From the NCBI GenBank assembly GCA_965197695.1, contig OZ240222.1, positions 1,269,588-1,333,587 on the forward strand: 64,000 nt of DNA. Reading direction: 5' to 3'. Below are positions 8,691-17,672 of the stretch, one piece after another. Made by a program: the position numbers and the translations under genes. This DNA is from Dehalococcoidia bacterium. GTDB lineage: Bacteria > Chloroflexota > Dehalococcoidia > Lucifugimonadales > UBA1123. How positions within the stretch are numbered: the first letter of the stretch is position 1; every line of letters starts with the position of its first letter. The notes under the pieces were generated by a model. It was not told the DNA's origin and did not search any database. It saw only the letters and a program-made list of their open reading frames with translations.

Positions 8691-10214
8691 GTGCCAGCAA
8701 TCAAGTGGTCACCGATCAAGCCCCTGAACAAAAACTCCATTGACGTAGATTTTGCCGAGATCGATGGGTTGCATCAGCAGTGGCTGGAGATAAAGACTAG
8801 TGTTGAAGACTCCAATCCGAAGGCATACGACCAGTTCAACGAAGAGTTGTTTCGTAGCTGGGCCATTGAGACAGGAATCATCGAGGGTCTGTACGAGCTT
8901 GACCGCGGGATTACACGGACACTGATACAGCGGGGCTTCGCTAGTGACTATGTCGAGAGGAACTCATTCAACGGGCCGCCAGAGGAGCTCATCGCCATCC
9001 TGCGCGACCACAGAGAAGTGATTGATCATATCAACGCTTGGACTGAGGACTCTCGTCCGCTGACTACCTGGTTCATCCGGAGCCTGCATCAAGCGATTGC
9101 CCGTAATCAACCGACCTATAGAGCTGTCGATCAGTTCTGCCACTTCTTCGATGCGGAACTCCACAAGGGCCAGTTCAAGAGATTGCCCAACAATCCGACC
9201 CAACCCGACGAGATTGTCCATGAGTACTGTCCGCCTGAACAGGTCGATTCCGAAATCGAGAGTATGATCGACTGGTATCAGTCTTATGATGACAAGCACC
9301 ATCCTCTGGCGGTTGCCGCTTGGCTCCATCACAGATTTACACAGATTCACCCCTTTGAAGACGGCAACGGCAGGGTGGTTCGAGCGCTGTTGACGTGGCA
9401 TCTGGTGAGGACTGGTTTCCTGCCAATTGTGATAACCCGCGACACCAGATCTGAGTACATCGCTACCCTGGAAAAAGCCGACAGCGGAGACCTATCGCCG
9501 TTTGTGCGTCTCTTGGTGAAACTTGAGAGAGAGACATTGCTTAATGCTTTGAGCGTCGAGCATGGTCAAATTCCTAGTATAAACACCGTAGAAGAAGTTA
9601 TCGGATTCATCGTTGATGGATTCCAAAAGAAACAAAGGGAACAGGAAAGTAAGCTGCGATCGGTGCAGCGGACCGCCGTTCTGCTTAGGGAACACGCAGG
9701 TAACATTCTCCAAGAAGAAACCGGACGGGTCAGTCAGCAGCTTGCTGATACAATTAGCCTGGAAGTGGATACGAGAATATCTCTTGGCGGTCCGGAAGAA
9801 GGGAACGAGTATTACTACAAGCGTGAAGTGCTCAAGACAGCTCAAGATGCAGGACACTGGGTAAATTTTCAGGAACCTCGATACTTCGTAAGGGTCACGA
9901 TGCGTGAGACTTCACAATCTCGAAGCCCCGCGATGGTTTTCGTGATCTCATTGCACAGTGTAGGCCGGCGCCTTACAGGAGTCATGGCCGCTACCAGTTT
10001 TTTGAAGCGGCGCTATCCGTCATCCCAGGACGAACATGAAGATGACGCGGAGGAAGTGAATGATCCTGAGTTTGAAGTATGCAGCCTCGATCCATTTCTC
10101 TTTACGGTCGCTGACACCTTCGACAACTTGAGACTCCGGTTTGAGACATGGGTGAGGCAGAGTTTTAGCGTGGCGCTTCGAAGATGGGGCGAAACAGTAA
10201 TCGAACAGGTCTAA
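8691..10214 (+). CDS. Fic family protein (class II-like, long C-terminal extension)
   Basis: Canonical HPFEDGNGRVVR Fic motif. N-terminal TGIIEG matches the [ST]xxxE[GN] inhibitory helix. GTG start preceded by AGGAGGG. About 230 aa of unassigned C-terminus. AT-richer DNA. Confidence 0.85.
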   Translation: MPAIKWSPIKPLNKNSIDVDFAEIDGLHQQWLEIKTSVEDSNPKAYDQFNEELFRSWAIETGIIEGLYELDRGITRTLIQRGFASDYVERNSFNGPPEELIAILRDHREVIDHINAWTEDSRPLTTWFIRSLHQAIARNQPTYRAVDQFCHFFDAELHKGQFKRLPNNPTQPDEIVHEYCPPEQVDSEIESMIDWYQSYDDKHHPLAVAAWLHHRFTQIHPFEDGNGRVVRALLTWHLVRTGFLPIVITRDTRSEYIATLEKADSGDLSPFVRLLVKLERETLLNALSVEHGQIPSINTVEEVIGFIVDGFQKKQREQESKLRSVQRTAVLLREHAGNILQEETGRVSQQLADTISLEVDTRISLGGPEEGNEYYYKREVLKTAQDAGHWVNFQEPRYFVRVTMRETSQSRSPAMVFVISLHSVGRRLTGVMAATSFLKRRYPSSQDEHEDDAEEVNDPEFEVCSLDPFLFTVADTFDNLRLRFETWVRQSFSVALRRWGETVIEQV

Positions 10215-10257
10215 TGCGTTGAACTCCGGACATTTTCTTCAACAAGGATGATACCCC

Positions 10258-10596
10258 GTGCAGATTAGAGAAAAGCCCCCTGTCGTCGTCGACCCGAGCG
10301 TCGAGCACTTGATGAAGGGAGACATGATCGAAATTCGGAACACGATCCTCGATCTTATCCCTACGGTCGCTGGATGCCATGGCATTCAGATAGATCGGAT
10401 ACGTATCATGCTGCACGTCTTCGCCGAGGACGACTGGGAGAATGTCATCTTCGAGATCTACGTTGCCGCTGACGAAGACAGCGCATTCGCATACTGGGAA
10501 GCCGTCAGCGACGCTGTCTCACAGGCCGAAGAAGGCATGGAAAAGGCGATGCAGGACACCCTTAACTATCATGTCGGGGTGTCTGTCGAGTGGTAA
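10258..10596 (+). CDS. Hypothetical acidic protein (candidate antitoxin-like partner)
   Basis: 112-aa ORF with no motif I recognise. Its stop overlaps the start of the next ORF (GTGGTAA). Confidence 0.4.
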   Translation: MQIREKPPVVVDPSVEHLMKGDMIEIRNTILDLIPTVAGCHGIQIDRIRIMLHVFAEDDWENVIFEIYVAADEDSAFAYWEAVSDAVSQAEEGMEKAMQDTLNYHVGVSVEW

Positions 10597-10943
10597 CGTC
10601 AGAGCTTTTTGACCCATCGGGATTTCTGCGAATCGCCGAGTCACTGGCGGCGCGGGACTCATCCGAGGCCAGCTTGAGGACCGCTATCAACAGAACCTAC
10701 TACGCAGCGCTTCTGGCATCACGGGAAGCGCTGCAAGTTTCCGGCACGAGGCACATCCACGGGCGTGTAATCGGCGAGTTGCGCAGGCACGACAGGCGCG
10801 CGGGCGACCAGCTTGAAAAGCTGGAAATACTCCGTGGTCTCGCGGACTACCACCTGGAAGTCACTGATCCTCTCAGAAGCGACTGGAGCCGGAATTATGA
10901 GCTCGCTCGTCGATTCGCTCGGTTCGTACTCAGAAGGCTCTGA
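10590..10943 (+). CDS. HEPN-like domain protein
   Basis: All-helical. AINRTYYAALLASREAL plus RGLADYH (Rx5H) resemble HEPN hallmarks. The stop overlaps the purH ATG (TGATG). Confidence 0.5.
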   Translation: MVTSELFDPSGFLRIAESLAARDSSEASLRTAINRTYYAALLASREALQVSGTRHIHGRVIGELRRHDRRAGDQLEKLEILRGLADYHLEVTDPLRSDWSRNYELARRFARFVLRRL

Positions 10944-12481
10944 TGAAGGCTCTGCTCAGCGTATATGACAAGACCGGGCTGTCCGATCTGGCCCGAACTC
11001 TCAGCGACGCGGGTTGCGAGCTGGTTAGCACAGGCGGCACCGCGGGAGCGCTGGCCGATGATGGCCTGGCAGTTACGCAGGTCGCCGACATCACAGGCTT
11101 CCCGGAGATCTTGGATGGACGGGTCAAGACGCTGCATCCGACGATCCACGGCGGAATACTCGCCCGCCGGGACCTCGAATCGCACCACGCCGAGATCGAA
11201 TCGCACGGCATCGGGACTATCGACGTGGTGGTGGGCAACCTCTACCCGTTTGTCCGGACAGTCAGCGCGGATGACGCTACGCTTGAGGACGCTCTGGAGA
11301 ATATCGACATCGGTGGGCCGACCATGATTCGCTCCGCCGCCAAGAATTTTCCGGCCGTGCTGGTGTTGGTAGACCCAAAAGACTACAAGTGGGTCTCCGA
11401 ACGCATCGAGGACAGCGGCCTCACCGGAGACACATTCAGTCCCGATGAGCGTCGCGAGCTGGCCCGAAAGGCGTTCCAACATGTGGCGCTGTACGATACC
11501 GCGATCTCACGATACCTGGCGGGAGACTCGAACCGGACATCCTGGCCCGAGCTGACGTTCGGGTACGATCGCGTCGCGGACCTCCGGTACGGCGAGAATC
11601 CGCATCAGAAAGCCACTCTCTACGCCTCCCCTCTCTCCTCCGGCGGGGTGGTAAGGGCAGAAAAACTTCATGGCATCGACATGTCCTACACGAACTACCT
11701 CGACGCGGACTCCGCCTGGCGGACGGTCTCCGACTTTTCGGACCCTGCCGTCGCCGTCATCAAGCACACCAACGCGTGCGGATTGGCTGTGCATGATGAC
11801 CAGCCGACGGCTTACCGGCGAGCGTTCGAGGGGGACTCGGTATCGGCATATGGAGGCGTAGTCGCGTTCAACCGCCCCGTCACCGCCGCCACGGCCGCCG
11901 CCATGCGCGGCGTGCTGTACGACATCATCGTCGCCCCCGGCTACGAGGACGAGGCGTTGAAGGCGCTCCGCCGTCGTCGTCGGACCCGCATCCTCCGGAT
12001 CGAACCGGAGTCCGGGCCAGACTCACACCTGGACTTGCGACTCGTCACAGGGGGAGCGCTGATTCAGGCTGTGGACGACATAGACGAAGACCCGTCTGCG
12101 TGGAGGGCCGTGACTTCGCTGAATCCGACCGCCGACCAGCTCGCCGATCTCGCCTTCGCGTGGAAGGTCGCCAAGCACATCAAGTCCAACACCATCGTTC
12201 TCGCGAAGGACAGAACGCTCGTCGGTATGGGCGCCGGGCAGCCGAACCGGGTAACCAGTGTGCATCTCGCGCTGCGGATCGCCGGAGACAAGGCCAGGGG
12301 GTCGGTTCTTGCCTCGGACGCCTTCTTCCCATTCCCGGACAACATCGAGAGGGCGGCAGAGGGCGGAATCGTCGCTATCGCCCAGCCCGGCGGATCGATC
12401 CGCGACGACGAGTGCATCGAGGCCGCGGACCGTCTCGGCATCGCGATGGTGCTGACCGGAACCCGGCATTTCAGGCACTGA
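10943..12481 (+). CDS. purH: Bifunctional AICAR transformylase / IMP cyclohydrolase
   Basis: MKALLSVYDKTGL, GGILARR and MGAGQPNRV motifs. Full-length at 512 aa. Confidence 0.92.
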   Translation: MKALLSVYDKTGLSDLARTLSDAGCELVSTGGTAGALADDGLAVTQVADITGFPEILDGRVKTLHPTIHGGILARRDLESHHAEIESHGIGTIDVVVGNLYPFVRTVSADDATLEDALENIDIGGPTMIRSAAKNFPAVLVLVDPKDYKWVSERIEDSGLTGDTFSPDERRELARKAFQHVALYDTAISRYLAGDSNRTSWPELTFGYDRVADLRYGENPHQKATLYASPLSSGGVVRAEKLHGIDMSYTNYLDADSAWRTVSDFSDPAVAVIKHTNACGLAVHDDQPTAYRRAFEGDSVSAYGGVVAFNRPVTAATAAAMRGVLYDIIVAPGYEDEALKALRRRRRTRILRIEPESGPDSHLDLRLVTGGALIQAVDDIDEDPSAWRAVTSLNPTADQLADLAFAWKVAKHIKSNTIVLAKDRTLVGMGAGQPNRVTSVHLALRIAGDKARGSVLASDAFFPFPDNIERAAEGGIVAIAQPGGSIRDDECIEAADRLGIAMVLTGTRHFRH

Positions 12482-12487
12482 ACGTCG

Positions 12488-13240
12488 ATGATCGCCCTCG
12501 ACGTCGTAGTCCCCGGCTTGAACGAAGAGCGGGGACTGGCAGATACCATCGCCACGCTATCCGCGTTCATGGCCGAGCGGATGGACGAGTACGCCTGGCA
12601 AGTCGTCATCGCCGACAATGGCTCGACTGATGCCACCCAGGACATCGGACGGCAGCTCTCGGCGGAGTCCGACCGTGTCCGCTACCTCCGTCTGGAGCAG
12701 CGAGGACGTGGTCGGGCGCTCAAGCACGCCTGGACGCGGAGCGATGCCGACGTGATGGCGTACATGGACATGGACCTGTCCACCGACCTTGCGTACCTGC
12801 CGGCGTTGGTGAGCGCAATAGTGGAAGACGGACACGACGTCGCCGTCGGATCGCGTCTGAAGCGTGGCGCCGAAGTCGTCGGACGAACGCCGAAGCGGGA
12901 GTTTATCTCTCGTTGCTACAGCCTGCTGTTCAGGAGCATGTTCCTCACAGGATTCGTCGACGCCCAATGCGGATTCAAGGCGATCAGCCGCAGGGTCGTC
13001 GAACAGGTGCTTCCCCTCGTACAGGACACCGGCTGGTTCTTCGACTCCGAGCTTCTGATCCTGTGCGAAAAGAACGGTTACTCAGTCGAGGAGATCCCGG
13101 TCCGCTGGGTGGACGACCCGGACAGCAGGGTGCGGATCGTGAGTACCGCCTACGCCGATATCAAAGGGCTGCTGCGGCTGAGATTCGGCGGGCTGCGCCG
13201 GTCCCGCAACGCCCTGCGCAGCTTCAGGCAGATGCCCTAG
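12488..13240 (+). CDS. Family 2 glycosyltransferase (polyprenyl-phosphate glycosyltransferase-like)
   Basis: VVVPGLNEE...IADNGSTD...YMDMDLS motifs typical of GT2. Confidence 0.8.
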   Translation: MIALDVVVPGLNEERGLADTIATLSAFMAERMDEYAWQVVIADNGSTDATQDIGRQLSAESDRVRYLRLEQRGRGRALKHAWTRSDADVMAYMDMDLSTDLAYLPALVSAIVEDGHDVAVGSRLKRGAEVVGRTPKREFISRCYSLLFRSMFLTGFVDAQCGFKAISRRVVEQVLPLVQDTGWFFDSELLILCEKNGYSVEEIPVRWVDDPDSRVRIVSTAYADIKGLLRLRFGGLRRSRNALRSFRQMP

Positions 13241-13241
13241 G

Positions 13242-13790
13242 TTGAACCGGGACATGCGCGCTTTCCTACTGCTGATCGGATTCATCGCCGTGCTGTGGGT
13301 CGTCGCCGGTGTGAATCACCTCGCGGGTCTGGACCTACAGCAGTACGGCATCCTGCCTCGGACCGTTACCGGGCTGCGGGGAATACCACTCCACGTCTTT
13401 CTACACCAGGGGTTCGGACACCTCTTGTCGAACACCGGACCGCTTGTGATACTCGGCGGCCTGACGGCATTTCGCGGAAGCCGCACGCTGTTCGGGCTCT
13501 CGGTGTTCGTGGTGGTATTCGGCGGAGTATGCGTGTGGGTGGTCGGCCGGACCGCAATCCACATAGGCGCAAGCGGCCTGGTGTTCGGCTACTTTGGCTA
13601 TCTGGTAGCCCGAGGATTCTACGAGCGCAGCTTCGTCTCCATCATCGTCGCCCTGATCGTCGCGTTCTTCTACTGGGGAATCATCTTCGGAGTTATCCCG
13701 TTGGATGGATTCGTATCCTGGGAAGGCCACTTCTTTGGGCTCCTGGGCGGCATACTCTACGCCCGCGACAGGGGCAGGAACCGGAGTTGA
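13242..13790 (+). CDS. Rhomboid family intramembrane serine protease
   Basis: Six hydrophobic helices, HxxxN-like HLLSN, GASGLVFG catalytic Ser motif, downstream His. ATG 13254 is an alternative start. Confidence 0.75.
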   Translation: MNRDMRAFLLLIGFIAVLWVVAGVNHLAGLDLQQYGILPRTVTGLRGIPLHVFLHQGFGHLLSNTGPLVILGGLTAFRGSRTLFGLSVFVVVFGGVCVWVVGRTAIHIGASGLVFGYFGYLVARGFYERSFVSIIVALIVAFFYWGIIFGVIPLDGFVSWEGHFFGLLGGILYARDRGRNRS

Positions 13791-14010
13791 ATGTGTAGCG
13801 GGCTGAACATTCGGACGTTCGCCCCTCGCTGGCAGCCTGCGCTGACGACCTACAGAATGGTGAGACACCGGGAATTCTGAACGGGTGCAGTTGTGTACCC
13901 GGCGGAGTACCCCGTGGTCCGCCGCCGGCCTCGCCGCGTTGACACCCTCACGCGCCAAATCTACAATTCGCCTACCCTGACCCACCGCCGACAATCCATA
14001 GGAGTCGCCC

Positions 14011-15258
14011 ATGTCTCGTCCCGTCCTGAGCACACGGCTCTGCGATGTACTACAGGTCGAATACCCGATCTGTCTCGCGGGAATGGGCGGCAAGTGGACA
14101 CCGCCGGAGCTCGTCGCGGCAGTGTCGGAGGCGGGCGGCCTCGGAGTCATGGGCGGGACGGGCATCCAGGTCGATGAGCTGCGGAAACGCATCCGCCGGG
14201 TGCGCGAGCTGACCGATAAGCCGTTCGGCGTCGACCTGCTCCTTCCCGTCGTCACCGGACAGGTTGAGACGGACAGTCAAGCAGGGCAGCAGGAGTCGGA
14301 AGCACAGGCGGTCCGTCGGCAGTACCCGAGGCACGCCGACTTCGTGGACACGCTGATGGCCGAGTTCGGTCTGGACCGGGCCGAACCTCCTCCTCAGCCT
14401 CGCGAAACCGGCATCGCGCTGGCGCGCAGCCAGGTGGACATGATCCTGGAGGAAGACGTGGCGGTCTTTGCGGCTGCCCTCGGAGACCCGGCGTGGGTGG
14501 TCCCGAAGGCGCGTGAGAAGGGCGTTACCGTGATGGGCCTCGCCGGGAGCGTCAGAAACGCCCAGAGACAGGTGGCGGCCGGAGTTGACATCGTCGTCGC
14601 CCAGGGCACCGAGGCCGGGGGACACACCGGTCGAATAGCCACCATGCCCCTGGTGCCCCAGATCGTGGACGCCGCATCCCCCCGTCCGGTGGTCGCCGCG
14701 GGCGGCATAGCGGACGGACGCGGGATCGCGGCGGCGTTGGCCCTCGGCGCGGATGGCGCGTGGCTGGGGACCGCGTTCCTGGCGGCCAGCGAGTGCGGCA
14801 TCCACAACATGCAGCGCGACTCGATAATCCGAGGACGTTCAGAGGACTTCATCATCTCGCGGTCCTACACCGGCAAGACCGCCCGGCAGTACCAGGGGCC
14901 GATCGTGCAGGCGTGGGCCGAGTCCGGCCTGGAACCGCTCCCGATGCCGTTGCAGGGTCTGCTCATGTCCGGCTTCAACCAGGCCGCCGAGAAGGCCCAG
15001 AGGTTCGACCTGGCGTTCAATCCCGCGGGACAGGGCGCGGGGATGGTCAACCGGAGCCGGCCAGCCGCGGACATAATGACCGACCTCATAGACGAGACGG
15101 TCTCGGTGCTCAACGAAATGCGTGACAGGGTGACCGTTACGGCCACCCGGCTGAATCGCCGCCATCGTGAAGTGACGGACACTCCGGGAGACGCCGGAGT
15201 TGGCCTGGACGATTTCGCGCCGGTTGATATTCGGGGGCAAGACTTGTCTGTCAGGTAG
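14011..15258 (+). CDS. Nitronate monooxygenase / FabK-like FMN oxidoreductase (3' end remodelled by IS insertion)
   Basis: ICLAGMGG, QGTEAGGHTG and GGIADGRGIAAALALGADG motifs. The stop TAG (15256-15258) lies inside the IS inverted repeat. Confidence 0.8.
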   Translation: MSRPVLSTRLCDVLQVEYPICLAGMGGKWTPPELVAAVSEAGGLGVMGGTGIQVDELRKRIRRVRELTDKPFGVDLLLPVVTGQVETDSQAGQQESEAQAVRRQYPRHADFVDTLMAEFGLDRAEPPPQPRETGIALARSQVDMILEEDVAVFAAALGDPAWVVPKAREKGVTVMGLAGSVRNAQRQVAAGVDIVVAQGTEAGGHTGRIATMPLVPQIVDAASPRPVVAAGGIADGRGIAAALALGADGAWLGTAFLAASECGIHNMQRDSIIRGRSEDFIISRSYTGKTARQYQGPIVQAWAESGLEPLPMPLQGLLMSGFNQAAEKAQRFDLAFNPAGQGAGMVNRSRPAADIMTDLIDETVSVLNEMRDRVTVTATRLNRRHREVTDTPGDAGVGLDDFAPVDIRGQDLSVR

Positions 15259-15262
15259 TGTC

Positions 15263-15484
15263 CTAATTTGAGTTGAGGCGATACAGAGCGGGGCGACAGC
15301 TGACCCGCACGAAGAGATCCGTATCGCCACCTGGATTGCCGACTCGATGCTTGGGAAGGAAGGTTCCTCCCCAACTAATCCCTAGTGCGCCATTCACGTG
15401 TTGTGGGCTAAACGGCTCCTCAAGGTTCCCCTGGCATACCGCGTCTCGAATACGCCGGATAGTAATCTCTTCACGCATACTCAT
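15263..15484 (-). CDS. Hypothetical protein, IS cargo gene 3 (73 aa)
   Basis: ATGA start/stop overlap with the upstream 102-aa ORF. Contains FLPKHRVGNPGGDTDLFVRV. The stop lies in the left IR. Confidence 0.45.
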   Translation of the reverse strand: MSMREEITIRRIRDAVCQGNLEEPFSPQHVNGALGISWGGTFLPKHRVGNPGGDTDLFVRVSCRPALYRLNSN

Positions 15485-15789
15485 TGAGACTCTCTTTGTT
15501 CCTGAACGATAGCCGCCCTCACGGCCGCCTCAGGGGAATCCACCAGTTCTTGGTGCAAGACAGCCACGTAACGGCGCTTCTCAGAGTCGTCTAGGGCGTG
15601 TGACCAGGCGTAGCAGCGTCGCACTATCGGATGCCCCTGTAAGTCAAAGACCTCCACAGTGCCATCCCATACGATCTGGCCTTGGAAGGTCTCTGTCACG
15701 GGTACGGATCCCACCCAAGTGGAATCGCACCCATGCAGGTCACGTATCGTTCGATTCAGGGCTTGTAGGGAAGTCAAGGGCATCAGCAC
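15481..15789 (-). CDS. Hypothetical protein, IS cargo gene 2 (102 aa)
   Basis: ORF with VEVFDLQGHP...RCYAWSH. Overlaps both neighbouring ORFs. Confidence 0.45.
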   Translation of the reverse strand: MLMPLTSLQALNRTIRDLHGCDSTWVGSVPVTETFQGQIVWDGTVEVFDLQGHPIVRRCYAWSHALDDSEKRRYVAVLHQELVDSPEAAVRAAIVQEQRESQ

Positions 15790-16507
15790 TCTGGTCTATC
15801 TGCTTTTTCTCTACCAGTCCCGGCTCCATAGCCTTGAGAAGAGCCAGCATTTGGTCCCATAGCTCCTTAGACATAGGGAACGGGCCGGTCAATGTGGGCC
15901 AGACCTTGCCCACTGGCAGGGTGACGGAGCGTGCATCCGGGTGACGGGTAGATGATCGGGGAGGGCTCACTGTGTCCTCATTTTCAAAAGAGAATTCATC
16001 CTCATCTAGCCCTGTCATTATATCATCTTCGTCAAGGCCAGCTAGCCTTAGACTGCTCCGATAGACTTCAACGAACGTATCGGCCCCATCCTCAGTAAAG
16101 TTCTTGTCCAGCAGGAGGTACTCACGAATCGCACCATCGCTCGCGCCTGACTTGGTATCATGCACTTCCCGGAATAGGGGAGGGGCAAGCGCAGCCACGC
16201 GCAGGGCATCTCTGTACTCACGGGACGCTCGGGTCCGCACCACGAAGCCTTGGCCCGCGCGCGAGAGCCTTGGATTTGATCCCTTCTTACCCTCCACTAT
16301 GCCATACTGTCGCAGAGCACCCACGCGACTTCGTACAGGGCCGCTAGCACTAGAGTAACCCCAAGCCCTAGCCGCATCCTCTGGTCTGAATTCACCACGC
16401 TTGACAACCGAGTAAAGCTGACCGGCGAAATCTATCGCCGCCTCCAAGTCGATACCAGGGTAATTGGGGGACCGTTGCCGACTAACCATAGCTATGTACA
16501 CACTCAC
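15740..16507 (-). CDS. Hypothetical protein, IS cargo gene 1 (about 250 aa, acidic linker)
   Basis: GTG 16507 or ATG 16489. N-terminal part looks like a winged-helix fold. Contains a [20 protein letters not shown] acidic stretch. Confidence 0.45.
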   Translation of the reverse strand: MSVYIAMVSRQRSPNYPGIDLEAAIDFAGQLYSVVKRGEFRPEDAARAWGYSSASGPVRSRVGALRQYGIVEGKKGSNPRLSRAGQGFVVRTRASREYRDALRVAALAPPLFREVHDTKSGASDGAIREYLLLDKNFTEDGADTFVEVYRSSLRLAGLDEDDIMTGLDEDEFSFENEDTVSPPRSSTRHPDARSVTLPVGKVWPTLTGPFPMSKELWDQMLALLKAMEPGLVEKKQIDQSADALDFPTSPESNDT

Positions 16508-16588
16508 TTCCTAAGATTTCAGGGCATTCTACAGCCAATTGAGGCTAATGTCAAGGCTAGAATATTAACCTCCACGAGCCTATCAGCC

Positions 16589-16617
16589 TTGACTAATCTA
16601 AGGCATTATGATAGTAT
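16589..16617 (+). promoter_or_regulatory. Putative promoter for the transposase
   Basis: TTGACT (16589-16594), 17-nt spacer, TAGTAT (16612-16617), about 150 nt upstream of the transposase start. Confidence 0.35.
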
Positions 16618-16765
16618 CAGACAAAAGAAACCCCCGAGATGTGCGTTCTCAGGGGTCTTGGGGCGGGGATGGTTCCGAGTGGCGGGATTTACACCATGCC
16701 CTCTGGGGTCCGATTCCCCACCGCTCCACCACTTATTATACCAAAACTGCACGAGGGTGACTGAG

Positions 16766-17521
16766 GTGAACAGGCTCAAGCCGGACAGACAGGCAGCGGT
16801 GATAAGTGCCTTGGTGGAAGGGGTCTCAGTCCGATCCACGGAGCGAATGACTGGCGTTCATCGCGACACGATCATTCGGCTTATGGTGCAGGTGGGCGAG
16901 ACGTGCGACGAAATCCTAGACACGATGATGCGAGGTCTACCGTGCCGGCGAATCGAGGTGGACGAGGTGTGGTGCTACGTTGGGAAGAAGCAGCGCCACG
17001 TCAAACTGACAGACGATCCAGACAGGGTTGGTGACTTCTGGACATTCGTCGCCATCAATGCAGATACCAAGCTCGTGCCAACCTACCGTGTGGGCAAGCG
17101 TGATGGAGCCACTACCTATCATTTCATTACCGACTTGGCGTCTCGGCTGGAAAACCGTGTCCAGCTTAGCTCTGATGGCCTGATGGCCTACGTTGACGCC
17201 GTAGAGCGCAGCTTCGGGGCGGATGTGGACTACGCTCAGATCGTAAAGTCGTATGAAGCAGAGCCGATCGGACCCGGTAGATACAGCCCGCCGAAGGTCA
17301 CCGCCCTAGACAAGGCCATCATCCAAGGCAGGCCAGACTGGGACAAGATTTCGACTGCCTACGTGGAGCGCCAGAACCTAACGATGCGCATGTCCATGAG
17401 GCGTTTCACTAGGCTCACTAACGCGTTTAGCAAGAAGGTCGAGAACCTAAAAAGGCTGCGGTGGCCCTTCATTTCGCCCATTACAACCTCGTGCGACCTC
17501 ACCGATCGCTCAATGGACTGA
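16766..17521 (+). CDS. IS1-family DDE transposase (3' end frameshifted)
   Basis: HTH ([12 protein letters not shown]), [14 protein letters not shown] and [26 protein letters not shown] motifs. GTG 16766 follows GAGGG. After the run CTAAAAAGG (17447-17455) the conserved tail [30 protein letters not shown] continues in the -1 frame to TAG 17545-17547. Confidence 0.75.
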   Translation: MNRLKPDRQAAVISALVEGVSVRSTERMTGVHRDTIIRLMVQVGETCDEILDTMMRGLPCRRIEVDEVWCYVGKKQRHVKLTDDPDRVGDFWTFVAINADTKLVPTYRVGKRDGATTYHFITDLASRLENRVQLSSDGLMAYVDAVERSFGADVDYAQIVKSYEAEPIGPGRYSPPKVTALDKAIIQGRPDWDKISTAYVERQNLTMRMSMRRFTRLTNAFSKKVENLKRLRWPFISPITTSCDLTDRSMD

Positions 17522-17672
17522 CGCCCGCCGAGGCTGCCGGATTGTAGACGCGTCGTTGGTCAGTCGCCGAGCTTGTGGACTTGGCAAATTAGGACACTAC
17601 CGACTTGTCAGAGACGGTAATTCAGGAGAGATGCTGATCGGCGCCTCCTCGACGCCGCGCAGTCCGAGGAGC

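Larger units (their letters stand above)
15254..17601 (+). mobile_element. IS1-family insertion sequence carrying passenger genes (2348 bp)
   Basis: Perfect 17-bp terminal inverted repeats: GGTAGTGTCCTAATTTG (15254-15270) and CAAATTAGGACACTACC (17585-17601). Flanks are GACTTGTC(TGTC)A on the left and GACTTGTCA on the right. Contains a DDE transposase of IS1 type. AT-richer than surrounding DNA. Confidence 0.7.
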
